From Alloascoidea hylecoeti (Eukaryota), in assembly GCA_001600815.1 (NCBI GenBank), contig BCKZ01000002.1, positions 682,001 through 742,233 on the forward strand: DNA of 60,233 nt, read 5' to 3'. This document shows, one piece after another, positions 1-13,045 of this stretch (its first letter is position 1; each line of letters starts with the position of its first letter). The notes below the pieces were generated by a model that saw only the letters and a list, made by a program, of their open reading frames with translations, did not search any database and was not told where the DNA came from. Position numbers and translations under genes: made by a program.

Positions 1-184
1 TACGCATTACATTTCGGCAAAGCCAAAACTTAAGACAATCTACAGCTGCAGATGACAAAGGTCCTTCTATAACTTTACAAAATTCCCTATGCACTTTAAA
101 CTCAACCCTGTCACCCAAATATACCGGAGTGTCTGAAATACTTCCGGTCTAGCTGGTCTTGACTTTCATCCTGAGAGTTTTATA

Positions 185-1792
185 ATGTATATTATTTATA
201 ATTCTGCGTGGATTACTGCTATCGCTTGCTTGGGAGGCACCCTATTCGGGTTCGAGGTCAGCAGGTAAGATTCTAATTTCATTATAAACTTTTTTATAAT
301 ATTCTTTTTAGCATTCGTGAGATTAACCATTGGGGATATTTATAGTACTTCAGTCTTTGTGAACAATTCAACATATAGGCGCTATTTCGATTATCCGAAT
401 TCAATCACACAGGGAGGTATTACGGCAAGTATGGCCGGTGGATCTATGCTATCTAGTTTATTTGGTGGACCAATTTGTGATAGATATGGAAGGAAAAAAC
501 TGATACAAGGAGCTGCCGTTATATGGATAATTGCTGCGGCAATTCAATGCTCATCGCAGAATAAAGCACAGTTGATATGTGGAAGAATTATATCTGGTGT
601 AGCCGTTGGGTTAACCTCATCACAAGTTCCCGTGTATGTATCAGAGTTGGCCCCAAAATCGATCCGTGGACGTCTTGTTGGGGTGTTTCAATGGGCAGTT
701 ACATGGGGAATAATGGTTTTCTTTTATATTTCTTATGGATGTACTTACATCCCAGGTAATGCTTCATTTCGAACAGCATGGGGCTTACAGATGGTACCAG
801 GCTTGTTTCTACTAATAGGCACTTTTTTCCTTCCTGAATCTCCAAGATGGTTGGCAACGCATGACCGTTGGGAGGAGGCAATTGATACTTTAGCAAATAT
901 TCATGCAAAGGGAAATAAATATGATCAAAAAGTGATTACAGAAATCAAAGAAATGAAGGAAATGATATTAATTGAACGAGAAGCAAATAAACTGAAATTT
1001 ATAGATCTATTAGGGAAACAATCCATAAAAAGAACTCTTGTTGGAATATGGTGTCATATATGGCAACAATTATCAGGTATTAATATAATGATGTATTATA
1101 TTATTTATTTATTCAATATGGCTGGCTATACTGGTAATATAAACCTTGTAACATCATCAATAAACTATGTTATAAATGTTATCATGACAATACCCGCATT
1201 ATTATTTATTGATAAAGTTGGCCGAAGGAAGATATTCATGTCAGGATCGTTATTAATGATGGTGTGGCTATTTTCAACAGCTGCGATATTTGCAGTTTTT
1301 GGAGAAGCTGTTGATAACGTCGAGGGAAATCAAGAAATTAGAATGATGATTAACCACAAACAAGCATCAAGAGCAGTTATAGCATGTTCTTATCTCTACA
1401 TTGCTTCATTTGCTCCTACATGGGGTCCAGCAGCTTGGATTTACGTATCAGAAATATTCCCCACCAGACAGAGAGCAAAAGCTACCGGTTTATCTACCTG
1501 CGCTAATTGGGCTTTTAATTTTGCTCTGGCATTATTTGTACCTACATCATTTAAGAATATTACCTGGAAAACATTTATAATATTTGGAGTCTTCTGTTTT
1601 ATTATGACCATCCATGTTTTTCTGCTATTTCCTGAAACAGGAGGTAAAACATTGGAAGAGATTGAACAGATGTGGTTAGATGATCCCCCAGCCTGGAGAA
1701 GTGCCAATTATCTTCAAAATCGTAAAGAACTTTTGGTCCCCAAAGGAAAAGTTAACCACAGTTATGATAATAGCATATCCGATATGTCCTGA
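185..1792 (+). CDS. HGT1: MFS sugar porter, high-affinity glucose transporter HGT1-like; join(185..264,346..1792)
   Basis: Sugar-porter motifs DRYGRK, PESPRWL, QQLSGINIMMYY, PETGGKTLEEI. Exon 1 (MYIIYNSAWITAIACLGGTLFGFEVSS) joins in frame across a GTAAGA...GATTAAC...TAG intron at 265..345. Confidence 0.85.
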
Positions 1793-1889
1793 TTTAAATA
1801 TAGTTTACATTAAGAATACAACAAATACCCTTCATTCTCTACCTTTTTCTTTATGTAGATTTTATCTTTTTACCTTTTACAGTGAAATC

Positions 1890-2850
1890 TTTAGAGGTTG
1901 TACCGCTATGCCATGCTGATGCATAAAAACGTGCAAAAAGCATTCATTTGCAAACATAATGTTGCTGTTTTAGCGCTGTCATATAGGTTAAGAAGTATAT
2001 TGTAGTCACCTCAGTTATTCAAAATTTTCATACTAACCTTCATTTTTGTTTTAAATAAACTTCAAAGACATGGCGATACAACTTTCGATTATACTGACTG
2101 TGTAAGTCCATTTTCCAGAGACCATGATAGATACTATATTAGGCTGCCGCTGAATCATATTCCAATTCTCAGAAGATAAAAAAACTGAATCGAGTGTCTT
2201 TCAAGGAGGAATGCCCTACTTTCGGTTTGATTAAATCTGATCAGGAGTGGTTAAAATTATTTTCTGACTGCTACTCTGTTTGTTACTATTTTTGTTTCCA
2301 AATTAATATCAGATCCAGAACACTTCTTAAATAAAACCAAACAACTACTTGCCGTTGACTTGGAAATTTTATATAATCGGTCTATCCCTCCGCTTAGTAG
2401 ACTGCCTTATAATGATGAAGTCGCCGATAGGTATCTCAAATTTAAACTTTCTTTAATTGCCGATTCAAAGGATCAGGTTCATCTGAGCCTGATGATGATC
2501 GTTTGGTTAGATTAGGTGTAGATATTAACGATGCAATCAACTATTCTAACAAGAACCAGCAGAAGGCAATTGATCAGTAAGCGAAGACCGCCGTTTTCGT
2601 TTTGTGAGGACTCAATTTCCACCCAGGCCTTGTTTTAGTATGACCATGAACAAATTCCAAGGTCAAACGTCCCACCTTATAGGTCTTGACCTTAGTGAAC
2701 AATTCTTCTCGCAAGGTCAACTATATGTTGCGTCCCAGATGCTAATCTTAAGAATGTTCACTCCGTGTTGTTGAACAAACCTCCTGAGAAGCCCTAGAGA
2801 ATAGCAATATTCTTTTACCAATTATTAAAGCGGTTAAAAATTGATCCTTA
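1890..2850 (+). mobile_element. Degenerate, internally deleted Helitron (RepHel) relic
   Basis: Frameshifted fragments FKEECPTFGLIKSDQEW (2200..), LFVTIFVSKLISDPEH (2276..) and RTQFPPRPCFSMTMNKFQGQTSHLIGLDLSEQFFSQGQLYVA (2607..2732). These match the Helitron Rep-Hel linker and the PIF1-type helicase C-terminal motifs (RxQFPxxxxFAMTINKSQGQT...FSHGQLYVA). Boundaries are approximate. Confidence 0.75.
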
Positions 2851-3009
2851 AGGAATCGAAGTCTTACATCAATAATATCTGATTTTCGTTTCTATGTTTT
2901 CAACTCTGTATCTCTTCTTCTACTGTACGCCGGGTAACAAGATTTTGTCTGAAATTTAAGTTAGTATTAAAAATATGGAATTTTACCATATGCGAAATAA
3001 ATAAATTAG

Positions 3010-6000
3010 ATGAAAGAGAAAAACCAACTGAAAACCAAAAAGGGCTTGAAACCAAAGAAATCTTCCCGGAATGATAAAGATAAAGATGAAGATGCAAAAA
3101 TAAAGAGGAATAACAATGGGAACAGTGTATCTTCATCAAAATCTAGTACCGATGAATCCAACAGTAACAACACCAGTAGGCCGTCTGTTCGAAGTATCGT
3201 TGCTTCTTCTTCAAGTTGGACAGGCAAACTTCCTCAAGCTTTGCTTCATGAACATTGCCAAAAACTTCACTGGGAACGTGTTAATTATGATATGGTATGT
3301 TAAATGAAATTTGAAAACATAGACTTAAATATTAATCTCCATACTTTATAGAAACATGTCAGAACTGGATTTATTGCAACTGTCATGTTATCTTATAAAA
3401 ATCCTAAAACTGGAGAATTAGAAACTATTAAATATACACCGCCGACATCTATCGTTTTAGCCCAACCAACTTCTTTAGAGGCTAGACATATGGCTGCAAC
3501 TTATACACTACATCGAATTTCGTCACATAAAAATATATCCATGGCACTTCCAAAACCACATAGAGATATTTGGAATCAGCTGGAAGATTTCAGGAAAGCC
3601 TTGGTTAAACATGACAAGGAAAAGGCACAAAGAGAGTATTGTACTGACCCTTTTGCTGTTCAAAGGGCATGGAAATTACAAATGGAAAAGAAGGAAGCAG
3701 AAATACGAAAGCAAAAGGAAGAAGAGGGAGAAAAGTTAAAACCACAACTTATTGTAATTGGAAATGATAATTCTAAACAAAATGGGAATGTATCTAAAAA
3801 ATCTAATGTTGTGCTAAATGAACTATCATCAAATGTTAGACTTAGTAGGAAAACTTGGGAACTTGCCCCAAGATTGGAATTATCAACTTATATGAGACAA
3901 CAAATCGAATCATCTATTAAAAGTGAAAATATTTGGTCATCTTTGGAACACTCGAAAACAAAAGTACAGTCAAAATCAACCAATCCATTAGTCATAAAAC
4001 AACTTGCTTCTTTAGGATTTCGGGAATCTCATTGTTCTGAAGCTTTGGAATACATCCCTTCTGGTTCAATTTCCTTAGCTCTAGAATGGTTATTAGTTCA
4101 TGTTCCAGAAGATGATTTACCTGATATCTTCCTACCCGACCGATCGAATAAATCATCATCTGTTGTTGCTGTATCAATCAATACAGAATTAAAAAATGAA
4201 TATGCAGCCCGAAGATTAGCAGATACTGGTTTCCCACTTAATTTCGCAAGACAGGTGCTTGACAGCTGTAAAGGTCATGAACGTAAAGCGGCTTTAAAAT
4301 TGATGCTTTCCCTAATCGATGATGAGAATAGATCTCGATTAGGATCATTTATTGAATATGAGAATATATCTAACGATGATTCAAAAGGTATTTGGAAAGA
4401 AGAAATTGAAAGTTTGATTGCTATTTATGATTCAAAAGTTATAATATTAGATGCGAAAACAAATGATGAAGTTCAAATAACATTACAATTACATGATAAT
4501 TCATTACCTGGAATGCTTGCTTTGCATTTATATAGATCAGATAACTATCCAAACTCATTACCTGCTCTTGCAATTAATGTAATCGATAAAACAAAACGTT
4601 TACCACAATACATAAGACTTAGTATTGTTAAAAAGATGGCGGAGCATTTGATAAAGTCAGAAGTAATGGGAGTTTCAATGATTTTTAATATTATTGAATG
4701 GGCTGAAGAAAATATTCCTCAAATTATTGAAAATCCTGGTAGATTATTAGATATCGCCGTTGCTGTTACTGGTATAAGTAATGAAAATGAAAGTGAAAGT
4801 GAAAGTGAGAATGTTACTGAAGTTAAAAAAAATGGTAGAGATTATAGCAAGAATAAACATAAAATTAAATCAATTGATATCGAAAACGAATTATCACGAC
4901 GTATGGAATCATTAGCAGTCAAGAAAATGATTGAATCAAGGAAAAATCTTCCTGCCTGGTCAAAACAAGAAGAGATTATAGATTCAATTAATAAATCTCA
5001 AATAACTTTAGTTACTGGTGAAACTGGATCAGGTAAATCAACACAAACTGTTCAATTTGTAATGGATGATATGATTTTATCCCAACATAAAGGTGATAAA
5101 GTCAATGTTATATGTACACAGCCAAGACGTATTTCTGCAATTGGTTTAGCTGAAAGAGTTGCCGATGAAAGAGGTGCTATTTGTGGTGATGAAGTTGGAT
5201 ATATAATTCGAGGTGATAAAAAAACCAATAAGAATACAAAATTAACATTTGTCACAACAGGGGTTTTATTAAGAATGATACAGCAATCAATTGATACCAA
5301 TGATAAATCCCCTTCAATACTTGATAATCTCTCCCATATTATAATTGATGAAGTTCATGAAAGATCAGTCGATGGAGATTTCTTATTAATTATATTAAAG
5401 AATTTACTTTCAAAATCAAAAAGCAAAATCAGTTGTAAGATTATATTAATGTCTGCAACCATTGATGTTTCTATATTTCAACAATATTTTAGTACCTTTA
5501 CGTTTTCTCATATTCATATACCAGGGAGAACTTTCCCAGTTAAAGATATCTATTTAGATACTATTATAAATGATATAAATTTTAAAATGCCAAAACCCCA
5601 AAATTTTAAAACTTTGAAGAAGAAAAAACAAAATGAAAGACTTAATAGGAATAATAAGAATGATGATGAAATTGATTACGAGCTTGAAGACCTTGATAAT
5701 GATGATAATAATAGTAATAATAGAGAAATGATTACACCAAATCCAGAATCAGCATTTTTTAAATACGGAAAGATTAATTATGATATTATTGGTTCATTAG
5801 TATCATATATTGATAAACAATTAGAATCTAAATCAAATAATGGATCAATCTTAATTTTCATGCCTGGTATTATGGAAATTAATAAATGTATTTCATCAAT
5901 TATGAAATATTGCCCATCATCATCATATTTAATTTTGCCTTTACATTCTGCTTTATCTCCAATTGAGCAAAGAAAAGTGTTCCCGAAAATTAAATCATGG

Positions 6001-7551
6001 CAAAAACGGAAAATAATTGTTGCAACAAACATTGCTGAAACTTCAATTACAATATCTGATGTTGTCTCAGTGATTGATTCAGGACGTGTCAAACAAACCA
6101 GCATTGAATCAAATTCATCAAAATTAACTGAAATTTGGTGTTCGCGTGCTGAAGCTAAACAAAGAAGAGGTAGAGCAGGCCGTGTTATGGAGGGGTTATG
6201 CTATAAAATGTATACAAAAAGTACAGAAAATGATATAATGCTATCAATGGCTGTACCCGAAATTCAAAGAACAAGCCTCGAACAGGTGTATTTATCCGTT
6301 AAAACATTGGGGGTCAATAATGTTAAACGCTTTTTATCAATGGCAATTGATCCACCATCGAGTGAACATTTAGATGAAGCAAAAGAATATTTAACATCTA
6401 TCGGGGCATTGATTCAAGATGAATTCAGTTTATCAAATGAACATGATAAATTAACAAATTTAGGAAGATATTTATCATTAATTCCAATTGATTTGAAATC
6501 TTCAAAATTATTAATTTATGGCTGTATATTTGGTTGTTTAGAACCATGTTTAGTAATATCATCAATCTGTGGAAATGGTAAAGGATTATTTATCAATAGT
6601 TTTGAAGAACGAGATAAAATTAAAGAAGTTATGTTTAAATTCTCAAATAATTTTGGTGATTTGATTGCAAATTTACGAGCATATAATCATTATAATGATT
6701 TAAAGTTATATGAATCATCTTCAAATTTAAAAAAGTGGATGAAAGAAAATTTCATTTCATACCAAGGAATTAGAGATACAGTTTCTTCTAGATTACAACT
6801 TATCACAATTTTAGAGGATTTAAATTTCATTCCCTTTGATTATGATAAAGATAATTTTGATAAAATCAATGATGATAATCATTCAGTAACTTATCAATCA
6901 CTTAATAGAAATTCAGACAATTATTCAATTATTTGCGCCGTGATTGCAGCTGCATTTTTTCCAAATATTGTTTCGATTGAACGTCCAGCAACAAAATACA
7001 AAAATGTTGCATCTGGTACAATTGCATCGGAATCAGAAGAAAAGGATAATAAATACTGGATTCGAAGAAAAATAATTGCAAATGATGAAGATAGTAATGA
7101 GTATGAATCATCGCCTGCAATGAGAGGATTTATCCATCCATCTTCGGTTGAATTTATGAAAGATAAAATGACAAATTTACTCAATGAAGATATTGGAACA
7201 ATTTCAAAACCATCGCATTATGTTTACTCTTCATCACAAGTCACAACAAAATTATATTTACGTGATATCACCCCTATTAATTCATTTGCTGCTTTATTAT
7301 TTGGTGGGACAATCTCATATAATATACAGAATTTATTACATTCACATAATAAAAAGGAATTCCCTCAAGGATTGATATTGGACGATTGGATGCCTTTTAA
7401 AACTTGGATTAAAACAGGGGTATTAGTTAAAAATTTACGGTTTTTATTAGACGGTGTTATTCAAAAGAAATTAGATTCTCCAACAAATGAAGTTGCAGAG
7501 TTACAAGTGATTAAAATTGTTGAACGGTTACTAGTTAATAATGGAAAATAG
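3010..7551 (+). CDS. DEAH-box RNA helicase, DHX57/YLR419W/Ucp12-like (UBA, RWD, helicase core, HA2); join(3010..3294,3352..7551)
   Basis: Motifs GETGSGKSTQ, TQPRRISA, DEVHER, MSAT, ATNIAETSITI, QRRGRAGRV, and N-terminal WTGKLPxxLLHEHCQK. A GTATGT..TAG intron at 3295..3351 joins ORF 3010 to ORF 3385 in frame. Confidence 0.9.
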
Positions 7552-7919
7552 ACAATATTAAATATACAGAAATAGAAATATATTATAAAAAACTGAATCA
7601 ATCATCAAATGCGTAACATAAATTCACTTATTACAAAAACGGTATCCGGCTTATATGAAGTTATATTTTATGATTAAATTAAAAATTAAAACATCGAAAA
7701 AGGGTGATTATTTCAAGACAATTGCAACTGAAAATCAAATCGTTATAAATATAAAATAAATTGTCATTCATAAATGACTATGTATATACATAAGCACATT
7801 TACCATGGAGGGGTATATCTAAATATACAGACGTAAAACTCAAACATTTTCTCAAAGCATCAGTTATATTTCATTTAAATGTGGAATACATATGAGTTAA
7901 CATTTATGATCGATCCAGA

Positions 7920-9965
7920 TCATTCAAAATTTGCGGTTGAAGATGATGATGAATTTGAATTTGAATTTGAATTAGAAGGTGCAGATGAAGATGGAGATGA
8001 TAAAATGTTTTTACATTGCTCTATCATAATGGATTCATCAACAAAAGTAAAACCTTCAAAATGATTCTGTTGACTCTTTGGTAATGGCGAGCCAATATTA
8101 ATGAAGTCATTAGTATTTATTTCTGCTTTTGTAAATAAATCATCGAAATTCGAAATATCAGATTCTGATTTAACTGTTGGTTTAAATGGGGGGTTTAATT
8201 TTTTTTCCTCTAGTAGTTTCCAATCAACACCAGTAAACCATATATGGCGCTTTATATCATTTGTGCCATTCCTTGAACCAATTCTACTTGATGGATCTCT
8301 TTTTAACAAACTCGAACAAAAACTTTTACCCTCTCTTGATAAGGAATCTTTTAAAAATTTAACAGAACTGTATAAAATATTATGATAAGCTTTTTCTCTT
8401 GTATCTGCTGCAAATGGACTCCAACCACAACTCATCTCAAACATTAAGACACCTAAAGACCAATAATCAACTCTTTTATCATATCCATGTTCATTTAATA
8501 TTGCTTCTGGAGCAAGATAATCGATTGTTCCACATAGAGAATTTGCTTTCTCTTTGTTATGAGTAACTTTTGATAAGCCAAAATCACATAAAGCAATATG
8601 ACCATTTAAGTCTAACAGTATGTTTTCAGGTTTTAAATCACGATAAATAATACCATTTTTATGTAAATAATCGAATGCAATTATCAATTCAGCCATATAA
8701 AATTTAACCTGATTTTCAGGAAATCTTTTCGATTTCCTTAACCAATAAAATAATTCACCACCAGACATAAAATCAGTAACCAAATACAAATCAGTTTTCG
8801 TCTGAAAAGAAAATTTAAGAGTTATTATGAATGGCGCTTTATTCAAAGAAACCAGAATGTTTCTTTCAGAAATTGGGCGATTTATGTCTTTTAATAAGAT
8901 ACCCGCAACATGTTTTTTTGATTGAACTTTCATAGCATAAATTCGATTTGTATCATTTTTTTTAACTTGAAATACTCTCCCAAAACTACCTTCCCCAATT
9001 TTTTTCAATATAGTAAAATCACTGGGAGAATAAGTTTTATTTTTAACAACTGGTACAAAAACACACTGAATTTTCAAATAGCCAGTTACACCATCATCAC
9101 TATTAATTGATATAGTAGAATTAGACTCCAAAGGGTGCCATTGTTCAGTAACTTTATTTGGAGTAAAGTCTATTTTTATACTGGCAGTTCCGATAATTCG
9201 CTCATGATTTTTATCATATAAAGAAATCAGGAGAATTGAATTATGGGATCCAACCACATCGAAAATGGCTTCTTCACTACAATCTGCTTTTAAGTTATAA
9301 GTTGTTTTTGAATTTGAACAAATATTTGCAGATAGCAGGGATGTAATTTTTCCGGAGCACCGCGGCAGCTGATCATTGACATCAGATTTCTGTTTCACTA
9401 CATTATCAGGGCATATTTCCACAGAATGCGTTTCTAAAGTAGGTGTAATAAATTCGCTTTTGTCAAAGCTACAAACAGCATATGGGCGAATGGAGCAATC
9501 AGTAGTTTTTATATTTTTGATTCCAGCGATTTTTATAACCAGCTTACCAATTGGCTTGTTTTTCCTTATAGTAACAGGGGTTATGGTTGCTTGTGAAGGA
9601 TTAGTATGAGGAGGAGGAGTTGTTTTTATCCGTTCAAACAGTTTTTGGATGGACTTCAAAGTAATTGTTTCTGATTGTGTCTCTTCCTGTAGTATTTGAA
9701 CATCTCCAACAGCGTCTGTCAAGGCCGTCGTCGCAGACCTCGGGGTCAAGTTAGAAATCGAGATCAGGCCATGAGCCATGGCGCAACAAGTATTAGGAGA
9801 CTTGAAATTAATAGAGTCTGAATTGATTGTAGACCTTGGAGTATTTACTTCATTTGAAGAAACAGAGACACTTCTGTTTGTGGATGAGCTGCAGATAGTA
9901 CTGCTAGTGGTTTCAACAAAAGGTTCTTCTGACCACTCTTTCGATGCTGACAAACCATGGACCAT
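7920..9965 (-). CDS. SCH9: AGC-family Ser/Thr kinase, Sch9-like (C2 domain, kinase, AGC C-tail)
   Basis: GEGSFGRV, YRDLKPENILLD, LCDFGLSK, FEMSCGWSPF, PPFKP and hydrophobic motif FEGFTFVDES. First ATG is at 9965; the ORF track starts at a GTG. Confidence 0.8.
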   Translation of the reverse strand: MVHGLSASKEWSEEPFVETTSSTICSSSTNRSVSVSSNEVNTPRSTINSDSINFKSPNTCCAMAHGLISISNLTPRSATTALTDAVGDVQILQEETQSETITLKSIQKLFERIKTTPPPHTNPSQATITPVTIRKNKPIGKLVIKIAGIKNIKTTDCSIRPYAVCSFDKSEFITPTLETHSVEICPDNVVKQKSDVNDQLPRCSGKITSLLSANICSNSKTTYNLKADCSEEAIFDVVGSHNSILLISLYDKNHERIIGTASIKIDFTPNKVTEQWHPLESNSTISINSDDGVTGYLKIQCVFVPVVKNKTYSPSDFTILKKIGEGSFGRVFQVKKNDTNRIYAMKVQSKKHVAGILLKDINRPISERNILVSLNKAPFIITLKFSFQTKTDLYLVTDFMSGGELFYWLRKSKRFPENQVKFYMAELIIAFDYLHKNGIIYRDLKPENILLDLNGHIALCDFGLSKVTHNKEKANSLCGTIDYLAPEAILNEHGYDKRVDYWSLGVLMFEMSCGWSPFAADTREKAYHNILYSSVKFLKDSLSREGKSFCSSLLKRDPSSRIGSRNGTNDIKRHIWFTGVDWKLLEEKKLNPPFKPTVKSESDISNFDDLFTKAEINTNDFINIGSPLPKSQQNHFEGFTFVDESIMIEQCKNILSSPSSSAPSNSNSNSNSSSSSTANFE

Positions 9966-10168
9966 CTCTAAAATATCATACACTTCTTGAGAATTTTTAA
10001 GAAGTTTGAAAAGTTCTCTTCGAAGGTCCGCTGAGAGTAATAATTAAGGTAAGAAAGGAAAGTTTAAAATTAATAATTTTCTTCCTGTCACAATATTCTT
10101 ATCTTGGCTTATACATATTCATGCATGCATAATTTTTGGAAATAATAATTATAATGCATTGAAAATTT

Positions 10169-12970
10169 TTACGTGGAATCTATCAAAATATTTATGATCG
10201 CTTCTCCATGAATGGTAATCATTCCATCATCGTTTACCCCAATATCTGTTTTAACGTTTGAATTGATATTCTTCTCAAGACTTGTTCTATTAACATATAA
10301 ATTTCCTTTTATTTCTAGTCCATTGGCTTGCTTTGCATAGAAAATTGATTTTCTTTTTATATTTCCATTTCGATTTTTATAATTCATATTTAGTTCTTCA
10401 TAAGGATTTTTAAAATGCTTCTTTTTAATTAATTGTGACCCTAAAAATATCCGTTCTAATTCCAACCTTAATCCATTCAATGAATGAACATAAAAATCAA
10501 CATCATTATTCTCATAATAATTAATTTTTAAATCAATAACAGTGTTATTATTAAATATTGGATATAATTTAACACTATTAGAATTTTCAACATTACCAAT
10601 TATCATTTCAACTAATTCATTATTTCTATAAGCTGGGCATATAGAATTGGGATTAACATATCGTTTATTATAACCGATGTCAAGATCAATGTCGAAGTAT
10701 CTTCGTGCTGTTCTACGACCTAAAAACCATGGCTTTTTATATTCATGTTGTTGATCTAAATAATAAAAATCCTCCCATGATGAAATCTGTGAATATAACG
10801 TTTTTGATTTTTTGATTACTGGGCATTGGTATGAATTAAAATCTGGCGAGTACGGTAGAAATTCATTATTATCTGCAGTTGTGTCTGTGACTGTAGATGT
10901 AACATGATTTCGATCTCGTTGGAACTGTAACCCGTTTAAAAATTTTTCCTCTCGTATTTTAGCATCTGCTTTCATTGCGCTCAAAATTTTTGTCAAATTT
11001 GTTGTTCCCGAATTAATTATTCTATTGAATTTTTCAGTTTTATTTATTTTTTCATTTGTTTTAGAAAGTTTATAATCATCAGATTTAAAAATATTTTGAA
11101 ATGGATTATATAGTCTCCAGAAATTGGTACTTATTGTATTATCCGTTGTCCGGAAAATTTTTACTTCACTCCTTTTAATTTTAGACTTAATTTTTTTATC
11201 ATTTGAGAGTGCTGAAGAGGTTAATACATTATTTGAAGATAATGTATCGTTTAAATTATTATTGTTAGGTTCCGAATTACTTATATCCTTCAATTCATTA
11301 TCAACTGAATCAGTAAAATTACTACCGATATCGTCTTCAACAAAGATAAATTCTAGATCAAAATCATTCATCTTTGTGAAATTCAGAGTTTCCTTATCAT
11401 AGAAAAAAGGATGTGCTTCAGTTGAAAAAACGAAGTTAGAGTCAACGTTATTTAAATCGTTTTTAACATCAAATAATAAATATAAATATTTTAATGTTTC
11501 ACTTAGAACAAAACTTTCCATTCTATCGTCTAATTTTCCTGTCCTGACATCACGAATTCCTGAGAATCCACACTTTGTTTTATACCTTGTTTTAATATCA
11601 TTCATTATTCTTTTACCAACATGTAAATAAAAGGGATCCTTTGTACTCTGATACAAATAATATGTTGATTCTATAAGTTCGGGCCTTAATGGATACCACT
11701 CAAGCACAACATTATCAACAGTACCAACCGCTTTTTCAGAATTCCAACGTTCAGGAATCCCAGCAAATGTATTCCAAATTTTATAATAAACTAAATGTGT
11801 TTTAACAGCCTCTTCAATGTCGCCATATAGAACCTGTATACCAGGTAAAAAAGCAGCCAAAGAATCGATCCATAAATTAACTTTGGTACCGGTATAGGCA
11901 TCAATATTTCTGAATATCCAATCAGATAATGAATGAACTCTCAAACTCTCATACAAGGTTTCAAAAATTTTCATCATTTCATTATCACCAAATAAAATGG
12001 CTTGCTTTAATGCATATTCATAAAATGAATCAATACTTGCACCAGTTCCGGTCATCGATGATAACCATTTCCCCGAATTTGGTTCAATTGACATTGGTAA
12101 TAGATTTAACTTCGATCTATTTATCCATAAAGTGTAAAATGCTCTTTTAGAAACCTTTTCATATACTGGGTCTCCCGTTAGTCTACTTAATAAAGTAAAT
12201 TCCAATATTAAACTGCCTGCTCCGGCAGTACACGTTTCTTTTTGTAGTTCGTTGGATTGAGTGAAATTTATCCCTTTTTTGAAATTTATTCTTGGAAAGG
12301 GTATCCCTGAATCAGATTCAAATGCTGGTAATAGCCTGTCACCTAAATCCTGTGCTAAATTTAATAAAAATCCATCATAATTTTTAATTTTATGATTAAG
12401 TTTATCTGAAGATGCATAAATATGTGAAGTTAATAATCCACCCATTACTCTTATGGTCGTTTCAAAAACCTGAACTGTTGAAGTTGTATTAAAATTGACA
12501 AACTTTTTGACTAATCTGACTGCTTTTTCAAAGTTGATTTGATCGTTCATCATCTAAATGTGAAAGTTAGCTATATTATGCTAAATATAATATGAATTGG
12601 GATAACATACAGGGAACATATCCATGGAATCGATAAGAGTGAGAGCAAAGTCACCTAAACCATCATTTAAACCAATGTTCATTATATCATCATCAGGCCC
12701 TAATCCCCGACAAGAAATTGGTCTTATCTCGTCGTATGGAAATCCTTTGTCTATGTAACTATTCCAACCATGTAGGAATAAGTCCTTCGCTTCTTCTCTT
12801 AACTCATTCAAATGTTTCCCTGTAAAGTCCTGAAATTTCGGAGGTGGTGAAATATATCTACTGCGCCTCACTTTACTTTTCACTTGATGATACGCTAGAA
12901 CAGAAGACGAGAAGATGAAGCTGAGTGCTAATGAAAAAGACACAAATACTTGTGTCCATTTTAATTTCAT
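10169..12970 (-). CDS. MNL1: GH47 ER degradation-enhancing alpha-mannosidase-like protein (Mnl1/Htm1/EDEM); join(12611..12970,10169..12553)
   Basis: Signal peptide, FLHGWNSY..FPYDEIRP, VFETTIRVMGGLL, DSFYEY, YPLRPELIES, DRMESFVLSETLKYLYLLF, FSTEAHP. GTATGT..TAG intron at 12554..12610, phase 0. Confidence 0.88.
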
Positions 12971-13045
12971 TTCTCGCGATCCAATTTAGTTTTGAAATTT
13001 GAAGTTGGGAGGCACATGCGTACATGTGAGAATTCATAGTACATT

